Part shown: in pieces, positions 51,281-63,830 of the stretch
Position numbering within the stretch: position 1 is the stretch's first letter
Layout of the letters: each line of letters starts with the position of its first letter
From: Vicugna vicugna
Lineage: Eukaryota
Length of the DNA: 64,000 bases
Direction of reading: 5' to 3'
NCBI GenBank assembly: GCA_013265495.1
Contig: MU059829.1
Span: 4,236,409-4,300,408 of the forward strand
The notes under the pieces: generated by a model
What the model saw: only the letters and a program-made list of their open reading frames with translations
What the model was told of the DNA's origin: nothing
Databases searched by the model: none
Position numbers and translations under genes: made by a program

Positions 51281-52168
51281 ACCATCCAGACTGGCTTCTA
51301 ACCCCCATTTCTTTCCTAATAAACAAGAAAGCACTTGGAAAGTCACTAACTTTACATTTCAGTCAAAATCCTTTAAAGAGGCTTTAAGGGGAGGCAAAGC
51401 TTTCAGGATTCACCCTCAGGGATTTCCTGATAATTGAAGGGCTTTCCCCCTCAGTTATCCAGAAAGTCCAGAAGCACAGAGTTCCTCGGTTCCTGCCTGC
51501 ACCTGTGGACAAACGGCTGCATTTCCAGTCCTGTGAGGCAACACATTCAGTAGCCCCACCGTCAGTGCGCACACGTCTGTGGATTCATGACATCGGTTCA
51601 CTGAGCGTCTGCGCTGTGCCCCCACCACAGGCTGTCCCAGGTCGGGGATGTCCCGGCTCCCTCGCGGAAGACCCTCACCAATCACTGGAACTGACTCAGG
51701 CAAAATAAAACGTAGCTTGTTTTGCTTAATTTTAAAGCAGTTTTCACGTGGACAGCTATAAAGCAACTGAAAGGCTTTGGTTCAAATGGGTTGCTTTAAG
51801 AAATTGACTTTTAAATGCTATCACCTGTAGGAAATGTAAATCACTTTTCCAGTTCAGTGTCTCTCTAGAACATGTAATTCTTTCTTCTTTCCTTCCTAAC
51901 TCCATTCTCCTGACCCACCCGCATGCGGAGGGGGCTGGGGTCAGGAGCCGAGACACCGAGCCCACCTTGGCGGCGTTTTCTGCGTCTGTCAGACCCGCTG
52001 CCTGAGGGGTGTCCTCTGAAACAGGCCGGTTGACTGACTGCCACACCTTCCCTTCTTCACAAGAGCCTGTGACAGTGAGAGCAATACGTTCTTCTTGAAC
52101 AAGGGTCTTAAACATGTGTTTACACACGTTAAGAAGGAATTATCTGAGCGTCAGTGAATTATCTTCAG

Positions 52169-52709
52169 AATGCCTGACGTCGGGTGAACACAAAGACCAT
52201 GCTGCTTCTGAACACAGACACAGGAATCGTCAACGTCAAAACGTCAGGCTGCTTCTGGCGAGTGAGCCAACGGACCCCACTCATGCTACCGGCTTAACTG
52301 CTGTGGGAAACCCAGGGGGAGCGTGCTTCAAAATTCCACATGGACACACGTCCACAGCCGCCTCATTATCCCCCGCGTCCCCACCCGGTGGACAGTCCCC
52401 GAGTGAAGACACTCACAGCTGAGGGTGTGGGGCCGGACCACATCGGCCCCGCACCTGCTCCCAGCCGCGCCACTAACCTGTCCCCGAGCACGCCAGGCCC
52501 GCAGAAGCGGACAAACGGTTTTGGAAACCATCAACTGCTAACGATGGCATCTCTGCAGAGCACACAGATTGCTCCTTGTTTTCTTTCAGTTGTGAAGTTT
52601 GCCAAGCTGCTAACAGAAAATATTAATTTCCAGAAGCACCTGGGAAGGATTCATAGCAGTTCGTACAAGCTCTAAAAGAAAGAGCAAATCCGGTGAAATT
52701 CCAAGGCAC
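52169..52709 (+). other. Candidate pair of spliced exons (52169-52261 and 52590-52709)
   Basis: Acceptors attatcttcag| and ctccttgttttctttcag|; donors A|gtgagc and CAC|gtaaga; phases compatible. Confidence 0.25.
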
Positions 52710-54149
52710 GTAAGAGCGTGAAATGTTACCGGTGCTGAGAGCTTCGGGTCTGTTTCTTTTTTCACATTTTGCCTTCAAAGAATCTCTCTAACATGCCTGA
52801 ATACCAGTGTTTTCCAAATGCGCATGAGCCCCAGGGGAGTGCCCTGAAGCGCTCCCTGACCCCGACGGGCTGCTGAAATGCACACCCCGCCCACCAGAAG
52901 GGTGCGGACTCAACAGAAACCCATTAAAATGGATGATTTCTGAAGCGTCCAAAGCAGGGGGAAATGAAGAAAGGGCCTCATCCAGTTTCCCAAACAGCAC
53001 GGCTGTGTCCCAGGAATTCCGTGCAGGACTCTCAGGTTTGCCCACGAGACTGTCTCACGCCTCCCCGTGGGAGCCACTGTAACCAAGAGTGCAAAGCCAC
53101 CAGTGTCGTCCACACTCGGGCTCCGAGGCCCATGGGCACCTGGCCAGCTTCTTGCTTCCTACCTTGCATCTGAGGTGGCTCCTTTCCAAATTTAAAGGAT
53201 ATTTTTGGAAACAAGTTGGGGTAGGGCAGAGTTTCAGTGGTGGGAGCGTGTGTTCCGGGGAAAGGCACGACTAGAATGCTCCACACGTGAGAGCTGGTTT
53301 CCAAGCGCCAGAGCTCTGTCCCCCAGTGCTGTCACTCACCGAGGGGTTCTTGTCAGACCAGAACCAGCAGGAGTGCCAAGGGTTTGCTCTGCTGGAGGGC
53401 ACTTCCCAAGACGTGGCTGCCGGTGTTGGGACCACCCCACTCAGTGCTGCCTGGAGTCCCTGGGACATGTAGGACCCAGACGCACTTTAAACACAGCATC
53501 TCTGAGCCCCAGCCTAGACCCATCAAATCCAAGTTTCTGTGGAGGAGGTGTGAGTCGGGCTTCACGACCTTTCCATCTTTTAACCAGGGATCAGGCGTTT
53601 CTTATGACGGGAGTTGGGAAATGATCAGTCTCTCTGGGTTTGTGACAACCAAGAAGGGTCCACAGCAAACAGAGCCAGGACGCGGGTCCAGTTCCAACCC
53701 AGACGTGCCTACGGTGTTTTCCACCTGTTTGCCTTCTTGTACTTTGAAAAAAGACTCAGGGCGACATCGTTTCTAAACAAAACTGTTTTTTAAAAGGTTT
53801 ACTTTAAGTCTCCTCTTCATTAAACATCCTTGACTGCTGAAAAATAAACTTTTATTTTTTCAAAATTTGCCAAGTTTCCTAAAACTGTTAGGCATCCTGT
53901 TACGTGCAGCTGGAGCGCGCTCTTTGGCAGGAGACATTTACTCGAGGGTCTTTTCTTAGGCGTCTCATGCTCAAGATCTGTTTTGGAAAATGAGTGAACT
54001 CTTACTAATGTGCAGCTGCTTTATTTCCCATTTATTTTGGATCTTAAAGTTAAAGCAGTTTTTCTGAGGTTGAAAGAGAAGATTACGTAAGAGCAAAGCC
54101 TCCTTCCTCAGCTTGGGGCCGTCTCGCCTGAGTCCTGAGAAGGGCGGTG

Positions 54150-54320
54150 ATGGCAACGGTGATGACAGCTCACTGCACACCCACTCTGTGCCAGGCTGTG
54201 TTCACTGGTGTTGCTGCTGGCTTCTGAGCTGCACGGCCATCTCGAAAGGTGGGCATTCATATCCGATTATTATAATTAAGGCACAGGAGGCTCACGGATG
54301 TAACCAAGAATTAAGCTCCA
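54150..54320 (-). mobile_element. MIR fragment
   Basis: gctcactgcacacccactctgtgccaggc...aaaggtgggcattcatatccgatt...gcacaggaggctcac. Confidence 0.6.
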
Positions 54321-54680
54321 AGCTGTCTTCTATTCACTACCCCCTGTGCCGACAGAAGGAACCGGGAAGAGTCCCCACCCAGCCTTGATGGAGAGCCTGG
54401 CAGATGCTATCGCGTCGGGGGGCCAGCACAGGTGTGGGCAGGGGGTGGCGTCCACTGCTTAGAGACGGCCCACCTATCAGAGAGTCCACACCAAGGGGCA
54501 GGACAGAGGAAGCGTGTGATCCTCCTCCTCATTCTGGGACTTTTTGGCAAGATTCTGTTCCTTCCTAAATTTGGTCCAAATTGTCATAGCCTCCATTCCT
54601 GTGCTTTTGTGCCCATGATTTAAAAATGTCAAGAAAAGAAGAGAGGATCCCATTGCTCTGCTGAATGGACACCAGGGTTA

Positions 54681-55011
54681 TCACTGCAGACTGAATGTCT
54701 GTGTCCCCCGCAAATCCGACTGTTGAACCGTAACCCCAATGTGATGGTACTGGGGGGTGATGAGGTGGTGGGAGTGGAGCCCTCGTAAGTGGGATCAGTG
54801 CCCTGATGACAGAGCCCCAGCCCCTTCCCCACACGAGGACAGCAAGAGAAGACGCCATCTGTGAACCAGGAAGGAGCCTCAACAGACACCGGATCTGCTG
54901 GCAGTGTGACCCTGAACGTCCAGCCCTGGAAGGAAGAGAAGTGCGTGTCTGGTGCTCGTGGCCCCCAGGCCGGTGTGTTTCTGTTAAGCGGCCCCGGCAA
55001 GCGGACTAAGA
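54681..55011 (+). mobile_element. MLT1A/MST-type MaLR solo LTR
   Basis: gactgaatgtctgtgtcccccgcaaatcc...ccccaatgtgatggta...gccatctgtgaaccagg...ggactaaga. Confidence 0.9.
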
Positions 55012-56041
55012 ACGCACTCCACAGATACCCAACGGAAGACGGTTCCAGGTCGGGGCAGACCGGCCCCTGGGACCCACTGCAGTCGCGTCTGGACAGCAGT
55101 TCTGCTCTGTTCCTCTTCGGTCGGCCCTTCCCACGCACGACAAAACAGGCCCACACAAAACAAGAATGAAAACGGACACAGAAGAAAGAGTCGTCGGCAG
55201 GCTCAGAGCGTCGGGGGGGGTGACCCTCTGGGCCCTCGAGTCCGCAGCCCCTGGGAGCACAGAAGCTGCCCCTCCACGCAGAGAACCCGTGGGCAGACAC
55301 GGCCACGCTGGCCGCCCACGTGCTCACCCGACACTCAGTAAACACAAAACGGAGCGTATGTTTGAAGGCTCTGGATAAACCCCGAGAGGAGTCTTGCATT
55401 GTGATGAACCAGAGCATCCCAGTTGCAGCTCATTGGTGTCTCCATAGAAACAAGGCATACTGGAGGACGGGTTATTGTCAGAGCACTGAAAAATTTAAGC
55501 CTCAGCAGAAAACAGAGAAAAGCACTTGAAGGATTTTTTCCCCGGAAAAACAAACTTAATTATTCGTTCTCTGCACCGGAAGCATTTGGTTTCACCATCA
55601 GTACCCAGTTCTCTGTCCCTGGGATTCACCCTGGATCCACCGACAGCCTTCAAACCCTGGTAGACGACTGGGCAGAAAGCAAACGCATTTTTACAGCATA
55701 ATTAAGGTTAAAATGCATGAAATTATTCATTCTTCAGCTGTGCAAGGCTATAATCCTGTCGGAAGTCTCAGCCCCCTGGCTGGCACTGAGTTTCCACCGC
55801 TGGGAGCCTGCCCCCATCAGGACCGTCTCCCCACATGGGCCCCTGGGAGGGGAGACCAGCCTGCCCCCCGACTCGTCCCTCCTCAGAGCTCAGGCCTATC
55901 CACTAGCACCAGTGGAGGAATAGGAGCCGACTGCAGCCCGGTCTCTGACGACCTCCAGCTGCCAAGGCAGCATCTCTGCAGGCAGAACAGGCCCTGAGCT
56001 AACTCAGGCAGGAATATCCAAGAAACAGAGCAAGTGCCTGT

Positions 56042-56449
56042 CTGGGGCGGTTACAGTACCTGTCAGCTCGGCGAGGCCATGGCACCGGATAGTTGGGCAG
56101 ATGCCAAGTGGTGTCTGCGAAGGTATATATCCATGGGCACTGCGCTCAAATTGGTGGGCCCTAAATAGAGCAGACGGCCCTCCATGGAATGGGTGGGCCT
56201 CACCCCATCAGTTGAAGGCCTCGACAGAGGGAATCCTGCCTCAACCTCGCCTGTCTTTGGACCCCAGCTGAAGCATTAGTCCTCCCTGGGTCTCCAGTCA
56301 GTCTGCCCTGCAAAGTTCACAACTGCCAGCTCCACAACTCTTTAAGATAAGTCCCTTAAACTCTCTCTCCCCCTTCTCTGTCTGCCTCACTCTGTGTACC
56401 GACACCCCCCCACTACTGGTTCTGCCCTGTGCCCCACGCTGCCCAGACA
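56042..56449 (+). mobile_element. MLT2-type ERVL solo LTR
   Basis: gggtgggcctcaccccatcagttgaaggcctc...ctccctgggtctccag...actggttctg. Confidence 0.85.
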
Positions 56450-59416
56450 GTCCATCCGGCCCCTCCCTCCAGAAGATCCCGCACACAGGCTCCCAGGCAA
56501 GTGAAACTCCGGGCTGCTTGTTGGAGAATAGCAGCATGTCAGCCAGTGACAGCAAAGCCCCAGCCAAATGCAGATGACTGCCCAGCACCGGTGACCGAGA
56601 GGCCTGGAGGGCACCACGGACAAGTGTGTCCGGCAGAAGACGCAGGCAGCTCGGAGCTCGTCTGATGCAGCGGCTGTGAATGTCTCTGGGAAGAGACACC
56701 GGACCACGGAAGTGAGCATCCCCACGTGCTTAGAAGACAGGCCTGGGAGGGGGGGCTGACCCCTGGCGGGCAAAGCTGGTCTTGGTCCTGGGAGAAGGGG
56801 AGGACCAGAGGGCATGAGCAGGGGAGGGGAGAGGCTCAGACCGAGGGGCAGCCAGGAGAGCAGGGCCACACAGGGGCAGACTCCGGGCAGCAGCACCAGA
56901 GCGGAGGCCTGACCAGGTCACAGAGCTGGCGTATCTGAGGGGGCCATGCCAAGTGGAGCACAGAGGGCAGGAGGGACCCCACAGACCCGGTTCGGGATAT
57001 GCTGTGTCTCCGTCACCGCGGGTCATCAAGGTGAATGTTCAGTGGAATTTGGGTCGAGGCTCTGACCCTGGAGACAGTCAAAGATCACGTTCCCCTCTGG
57101 GGGTCAAAGTCTCTGGGGTGACATTTAGAGAAAGAGGGTCAGGTGGAAGAGCTGGAGGAGAGAACCCTGAGAATCACCTGCAGCTGGAACGAGAGAGGAA
57201 GGGCTCCTGCGCACAGCTGACTGACAGCTACTGGAGTGGCCCGTGACGGTCTGGAGTCCAGCCTGGCATCCCGGTGCCACAGGGTTGGACGCTGCCCATG
57301 GCCTCTGAGGAGCAGGTGTGGGGGCGGCGTCTGGGCTGCGCCCTCAACTGGGGAAGGAGAGGGTGACGAGACAGTCTCGTCAGAGGACAGGCAGGCAGGG
57401 GCTCCGCACGTCTGTCTGCATGTGGAAAGAGAGGAGTGGAGAACGCAAAGATGGAGACCGTGGGCCCAGACCCCAGGGCACACGGAGCAGGAGGCACTCG
57501 AGGCGCCATCTGGGGTGGAGGGGGCACCTTGGTCCTTCAAACAGCCTCATATCAACGGCATGATCGGTCAGACCCACACAGCACGTGCTGGAAAACACAG
57601 ATTTGTAATGGATGTTTCCGTTCTTCCTGATTCTAGGGAGACTTTCATGAAGTAGAAACGTTGCTTTATTTTACAGCTAAGTAAGATGCCTTCACCGTAT
57701 GTTAAACTCATGCCCCGCGAGACTGGGAAGAGAGGCCTCCGAGCTTAGGATTTTGCGTTTTGCCAAGAGTGCACTCCCTTATCACCAACGTGGGTAGTGA
57801 GTCACTTTCTATTTTAGGAAAAAAAAATTCATTGTGGTGCAAAAAGACCTTTTTTCATTAAGGCACACCCATAGCTCTGACTTCTTCCAGCTTCTGAACT
57901 CGGTGCCAGCGCTGAGCGGTGCACAGGTCCTTGTGCGTGATTCTCCCTTCAGTGGCCCACTCTAGAAACGTGCGCCCCAACAAAAGACTAATGAACGTCA
58001 CATAAACTGTCCCAGTTCAGTCAACCACTAAGACCTGATTCTCAGGGATTCACAATGCCAGTTGGCATAATTATGAGGAAAAGGGCCATTTCAAATTCAT
58101 ACTTAAAATACTCATAAAACATTAATATATGTACACTTTACGGAATGAATGAGCTCAATTTAAAGTATCCAGAGTGTAAATTTGGGTAGTGAAGTCAATA
58201 CAAACCTAAATTCCATAAAAGGTCAAAAAAGATCTCAAAATCCCCACTCATACCTGGAATTTGCTAAAATCAAGTGAGGAAGAATCAGAAATAAAGAAGG
58301 TGACTGCTCTCCCGATCTCCCCAAAGGGGCTGATGGAGAACCACCGCCACCCGCAGAGCAGCGGCCGGGTCTCCGGGTGGGTGGAGGGCACCGGTGTGAG
58401 CGGATGGAGGAGGGCTGGGGTCCACGTCTCCCAGCGTCCCCTGTGACCCTGAGTGGAAAATGCCTTTCAGAATTCACCCTTCTCCTCCCCCTTCTGACCA
58501 CTTTTCCTGCTGCCTTGACTCAACCTGGAATCAAGTCTCAAAGCTAAGTAACCAGCTGTGGCCAACATTCACCCTCCTCCTCTTCAGGAGTTTCAACATG
58601 CATTTTAATATTTCCATATAATTTACTTATAAGCCCATAACATACCCTTTTAAAGAGGAGTTTTATTTTTAAAGTTTTAAATGAATACATCTGGGAAATA
58701 ATACCTAAATTCCACCCTGCCTTGATTTTAAATGGTTTCAGAAACAGCCGACCTTGAATTCTGCTTTTCCCAAATCAAATCAGTCACCACTGATGATCTC
58801 CAAGAAGTGGCATTTTGTCCCTACCGGGTTCTTTAATCTAGGTAAAATCGTACAAAAAGGAAAGCGTGGATACACTCCTCTTGCGTGATGGATACCCCTG
58901 GCTACCCAGCAGTCCTCAAATAAGCCGTTTCAGTCCTTCTCTAGAAGGCGACTCACGGATGGAGACAGATGGACACAGCTTGGAGCCGCCACCGTGCCCA
59001 GCCCGGCGTGTGCCAAATGCGGATTATTTGGCAAGTACGTTCCAGGGGCACGTGCTTCTCCTTTTGAGTTTAATTGTCCATGAGTATGTTATCAGCCTGC
59101 CTCTGAGAGCCACAGCGTCCCTCAGTGTAGATAGAATATTTCCTCCACTGGCACCCCAGGTTTGCTGGCCCACCCTTAACAGATCTAGACTACTGCCCTC
59201 CAAATAGAGTGTGTTCTAAAAAACAAAGAGATTGTAGAAATGTGAAGGCAAAAAAGAGTCAAAAGAAAAAAATAAGTTTGAAAAATGTTTTTGTTTTTTG
59301 CAAAAAGTCCATGAAATTGTTTTGTGTTTATTCACAGAACATACTTCTGGTGTGCTTCTCAACCTACTGCTTGAGTTCTATCTCCAAGAGAGTAAAATAA
59401 AAAGCAGCAGGAAGAT

Positions 59417-59426
59417 GTGACGTCAC
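59417..59426. promoter_or_regulatory. Full CRE palindrome (gTGACGTCAc)
   Basis: Motif match in non-repeat DNA. Confidence 0.3.
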
Positions 59427-60517
59427 CTGCAGGCGCCATCCGAGGAGAGGAAGGGGCCTTGGGCTTCTGCCTGCAGGGGGCCTCACCCTCCTCACCAGAG
59501 CCGAGAGAAGGTCCCACGTGTTCCTTCCTTTGGGAGCCTCTCCTTCTGAGTCAGCCTATGGGACATTCACTCCCTGTCATCCTGATTATGGCTTAAAAAG
59601 ACCAGGGAGAGACCAGCCTCAGCCCAGGAGCCATTCGCGGCTGCAGAGGTAGAACATTGTGCTGGACACCCTTCCTCTCTCTGACCCTGCGGGTGACACG
59701 AAGTTCAGAACAGGTGATGGTGTCTTCAGTTTTACCAAGTCCCTAGTGCAGTGGGCAACCTGCACTAGGAGAGAACCAACATGCGTGAACGGAATGGAAC
59801 CAGGAAGAAAAGAAACACACTGTAGATACATTTCTCCTAAATACTTCCTGTTTACCCCATAATCAATCAGAAATGTAGTAACACCACAGCAGCGGCTAAG
59901 CATGGCTGCTGAGCTTTCACCGTGTGAGCAGTGCGCGCAGACCAACGTTTCAGCCTGACTGTCAGTCTAGGAGGTGGACACTGCTGTGAGTGTCACTAGC
60001 CTGGTCGTTACTGTCACCATTATTCCAGGAACTAACATTAAGAAATGCAGCAGGTCTAAACGTTACTATCCAACTGATTAAAAAAGTGGGACAACATATT
60101 AATGCACATATAATTAGACTTTGTAATCATCTCCTGAATAAAGCCTTATTTTAAAGTCCGAGATACTGAACGACACCTGTGTGTGCAAATGAAGTCATAT
60201 ACACGCAGCTTTATCCTGTTAGACGGCCAAGCTGTCCACGGCACTCCATTTCCAGAACACATTCTCCAGCTAGGTATTCAGAATTCAGGATCACAGGCAG
60301 TGTTTCACTCCCTTAAAGCAGCATTTAACACAATCCACTTCCAGTACAAGCGAATGAACAGGAGGCTTCCTCAGAGCACCACGTAAGTGGGCGAACCCAG
60401 CAGGACGTACCACTTGCGGGCTGCTTTTAACCTGGTAATATGAGGGTCTACAGCTCCTAAACGGCCTGGAGGCACGGGCACCCGCGTCCACGGCCTCCGT
60501 GGAGCTGCGATCACGTG

Positions 60518-60538
60518 TTCAGCACCAAGGACAGCGCC
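60518..60538 (+). promoter_or_regulatory. RE1/NRSE, REST-binding silencer element
   Basis: TTCAGCACCAAGGACAGCGCC matches the canonical TTCAGCACCnnGGACAGCGCC at every specified position. Confidence 0.8.
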
Positions 60539-61059
60539 TGCTGGGCCTGGCCTCCCCTCCCTACTTCCTCGGTAACGACTTCCTCACTCCTGACCTCACT
60601 CTGCTCCAGACAAGGGCGGAGGGCGATGCCCTAGGTGTGACGAGTTACCTTCAGGACACACACCTTGCCCACGGCCCCGAGCTCTACCAGGAGGGAGGAG
60701 ACCAGCCCCGGAGGAAGGACCACTCCCCTGCACCCCGGACCAGCGTCTGCCTGCCTCACACAGTCCAGAGGCTGCGACCTGCCCGCCGTGTGCCTGACGG
60801 CAAGCTTGGTGTTCAGTAGGATACAGAGCCGCAAGAAAGTTCTAACGCGGAAGTCCACAGACGATCCGTCCCAGCACAGCCCCCGCAAGAGCCTGCAGGC
60901 CACCCCTGCACGCGTGTCCAGAACACACGTTCTCCACAGGATCTGGCTCCAGCACCACCGTCTCTGCCCTGACAACATTCCCGTGCCGACCACGCGAAGG
61001 TGAGGTCAGACCGGGGCACTCGAGGGCTTGTCAACAGTCACTTACCTCCTCCTGGCCGC

Positions 61060-61415
61060 TCTGACACCTGCCCACCATCTCTCAGCTTGAAATGACTTCC
61101 TCCAATTCCAACATAAAAACCCAGCTGCACTTCAAAGTCCGATCAAAAGCTGCTCCCTCCGAGAAGCGGTCACTGATCCTTCAAACCCAGAGTAAACCAG
61201 CTTCACCACCAAGGTCCCCGTGGCACTGTGTCCACGGCTTCTCGGGAAGCTTTCTCGCTTGCCATGTAGTGACACCATTTATGTCTAGGACCATCTTCCC
61301 AGCTGGATCACAACCTCACTCAGCATAGGAATCATACTGTAATTGTCTCTGTGTCTCCAGAACCTAGGAGTGTCCCCACCTGCAATACACAGTTAGTAAA
61401 TGTTCATGAAATAAA
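61060..61415 (+). mobile_element. L2 3' fragment
   Basis: cttcaaagtccgatcaaaagctgctccctccgagaagc...tctctgtgtctccagaacctagg...agtaaatgttcatgaaataaa. Confidence 0.75.
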
Positions 61416-61644
61416 CGCACAACTGTTTGAGCCTACACCCTTGTGGGGAACCTACTTATACAGAAAAAGCTACAAATGACAGAGTAAGGCAGCACGCAAT
61501 GGCCACATGACTGTTTAACAGGCAGTCATAACTGCTGCCAACCTGACTTTTAAGTTTTTGAAACATAGTTTCAACAGAATAATCCACAAGAAACGAAAGC
61601 ATTACCACTTAAAAAGATATATCTATATATTTACATTGAAATAG

Positions 61645-62577
61645 TACTGAAGAATGAAAAGACAAGCCACAGACTGAGAAAAGGTATTTGTAAGACACCT
61701 GCCTGCTAAAAGACGGTACACAAAGAATACTTAAAACAATGAGAAATAAACAACTCAATTAAAAATGTGCAAAAGACTTGAACAGACATCTCACCAAAGA
61801 ATGTGTACAGACGGCAAGTCAGCACATGAAAAGACGCCAACGCCATACACACAGCCACTTTGGGAGAGAGCCCAGCGAGTCCTGGAAAAGCTGAACAGAT
61901 GATTACCAGACAATCCAGCTATCACACTCCTTGGTATTTACCCGAATGAGCGGAAACTTAGGGCCACACAAAAACATGCACTCAAATTTTTAGAGCAGTT
62001 CTATTCATAATTTCCAAACCCTGGAAGCAAATAAGATGTCCTTCAGCAGGTAAATGAATACAACCTTGGCGCATCCAGACAGCAGAATATTATTCGGCTA
62101 AAAAGAAATGAGCTACCGGCCATGAAAAGATATGGAGGAACCTTAACTGCATATGATTCAGTGAAAGAAGCCCATCTGAGAAGGCTGCTCACTGTGACTC
62201 AACTCTAGGACCTTCTGGAAGAGGCAAACTGCGGAGGCAGTGACAGATCAGGGGTGCCAGGGGCTGCGGGAAGGGGGTGAACAGAGCACAGAGCGTTTGG
62301 GGCAGTGAAGCTAAGTAAGATCCTATCCTGGTGGATACATGTCCTAATACGTCTGTCCAACCCACAGAATGTGCGACACCAAGAGTGAGCTCACGTCAAC
62401 CACGGACTTTGATCAATAGTGAGACCCCAACGTGGATTCATCAGGCGTAACGGGAGTAGCATCAACGCAAGACGCTAACCCAGAAGGAGCTGCACGTGGG
62501 GGGGAGGCCGGAGGGGAGTCTGCCTTGATGCTCAATCCTTCCATAAACCTGAAGCTGCTCTTAAAAACAGTCTATTA
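61645..62577 (+). mobile_element. L1MC1-like 3' fragment
   Basis: ccatgaaaagatatggaggaaccttaactgcat...ggtggatacatgtcc...aacccacagaatgtgcgacaccaagagtga...gctgctcttaaaaacagtctatt. Confidence 0.9.
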
Positions 62578-63471
62578 GCTTTAAAAAGGATGGCTCCAGC
62601 TGCTGTTCCTGCTTCATTATTAATATCATTCTAGCTGCACAGACGTTCTGAACAAGGAGAGAGTCCTCCGGGGTCCAGCAGCAGAGGGAGCTGGGACTTG
62701 GTGGTGGGGGGGGTGTGTACAGGATTATTCCCATTTCAAAGTTCAGGGGGGAACCAGCCCAAGGACCCTGCTGGATCCAACCTCACCTGGACTTGACCTT
62801 CAAGAGCACAGTCCAGGCCAAGAAACAGCCACAAAGAATGCCGCCCGAGGACCCCTCTGGGTTCAGGAGTATGTCCGCAGGTGGGGGGCCAGCAAACTGA
62901 AGGACAGAGCAGAGACCGTGGACGCCCAGGGCTGCCCCCAAAAGGAGCTCCCCCCTGTGGAAGGGGGCAGCCAGACAGGCTGATGGCACCGTGGTGACTG
63001 AGTGCCACAGCTAGGGGTGGGGACAGCTCCTCTCCCCAGGGACAGCTGGGCAACAGAAATATCTTAAAGGTTTCACGAGACCATTTTTAGTAAAATACTC
63101 AGATGTGGGGTTCTGGCAGATTTCCCCATAAATGCTGTGTGGCGACTGTCAGTTCAAAAAATCCTGAGAGTACACCCTGCCCCAAGCCTCGTGAACATGC
63201 GGGTCAGCGTGACAGTCATGGTTATTCCACAGAGGAATCGTGGAGACCTGCGACAGGGACGCACTTACCCAGCACTGTAAACCCAGTCCACAGGGAGCCG
63301 AGAACTGAATCTGGGGCCAGCGATCTTGGGCTAAAAGTGCAGTATCTCAGGGACAGCTAGGATCGTGAAGGTGATGCTTACAAGCTGAGGCCCTCACCCC
63401 ACCCCTACCACCGGCTCCCCAAACCATGGAGGTAACCCCACAGCTGCACCCTGAGACCAGTTCCTACCGCG

Positions 63472-63830
63472 TGTTACGGGCTGAGCTGTGTCCCCGCCAA
63501 GTTCATGTGCTGAGGCCCTGACCCCAGCCCCTCTGATGTGACCTTATTTGGAGACAGGCCGTTGCAGGTGTGATTAGTTAAGATGAGGTCACACTCCAGT
63601 CAGGTGGGCCCCAAACCCAAGAGGACTGGTGTCTTTATAAAGGGAGGAAGTCTGGACACAGACACCATGCAGGAGAGGTGAGGAGGAAGGTAGAGACTGG
63701 GGTGGTGCATCTGATCTCCGGGGAAGCCAACGATGCCAGCAAAGCAGGGAAGTCGGCCTGGAACAGACCCCCCGAGCCTCAGGAGGGCCCCCCAGAGACC
63801 CTGACCTTGGACTCCCAGCCTCCGGCCCCG
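63472..63830 (+). mobile_element. MLT1B/C-type MaLR solo LTR
   Basis: tgttacgggctgagctgtgtcccc...gatgtgaccttatttggagacagg...ttagttaagatgaggtcac...gactggtgtctttataagg...ccttggactcccagcctcc. Confidence 0.9.
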
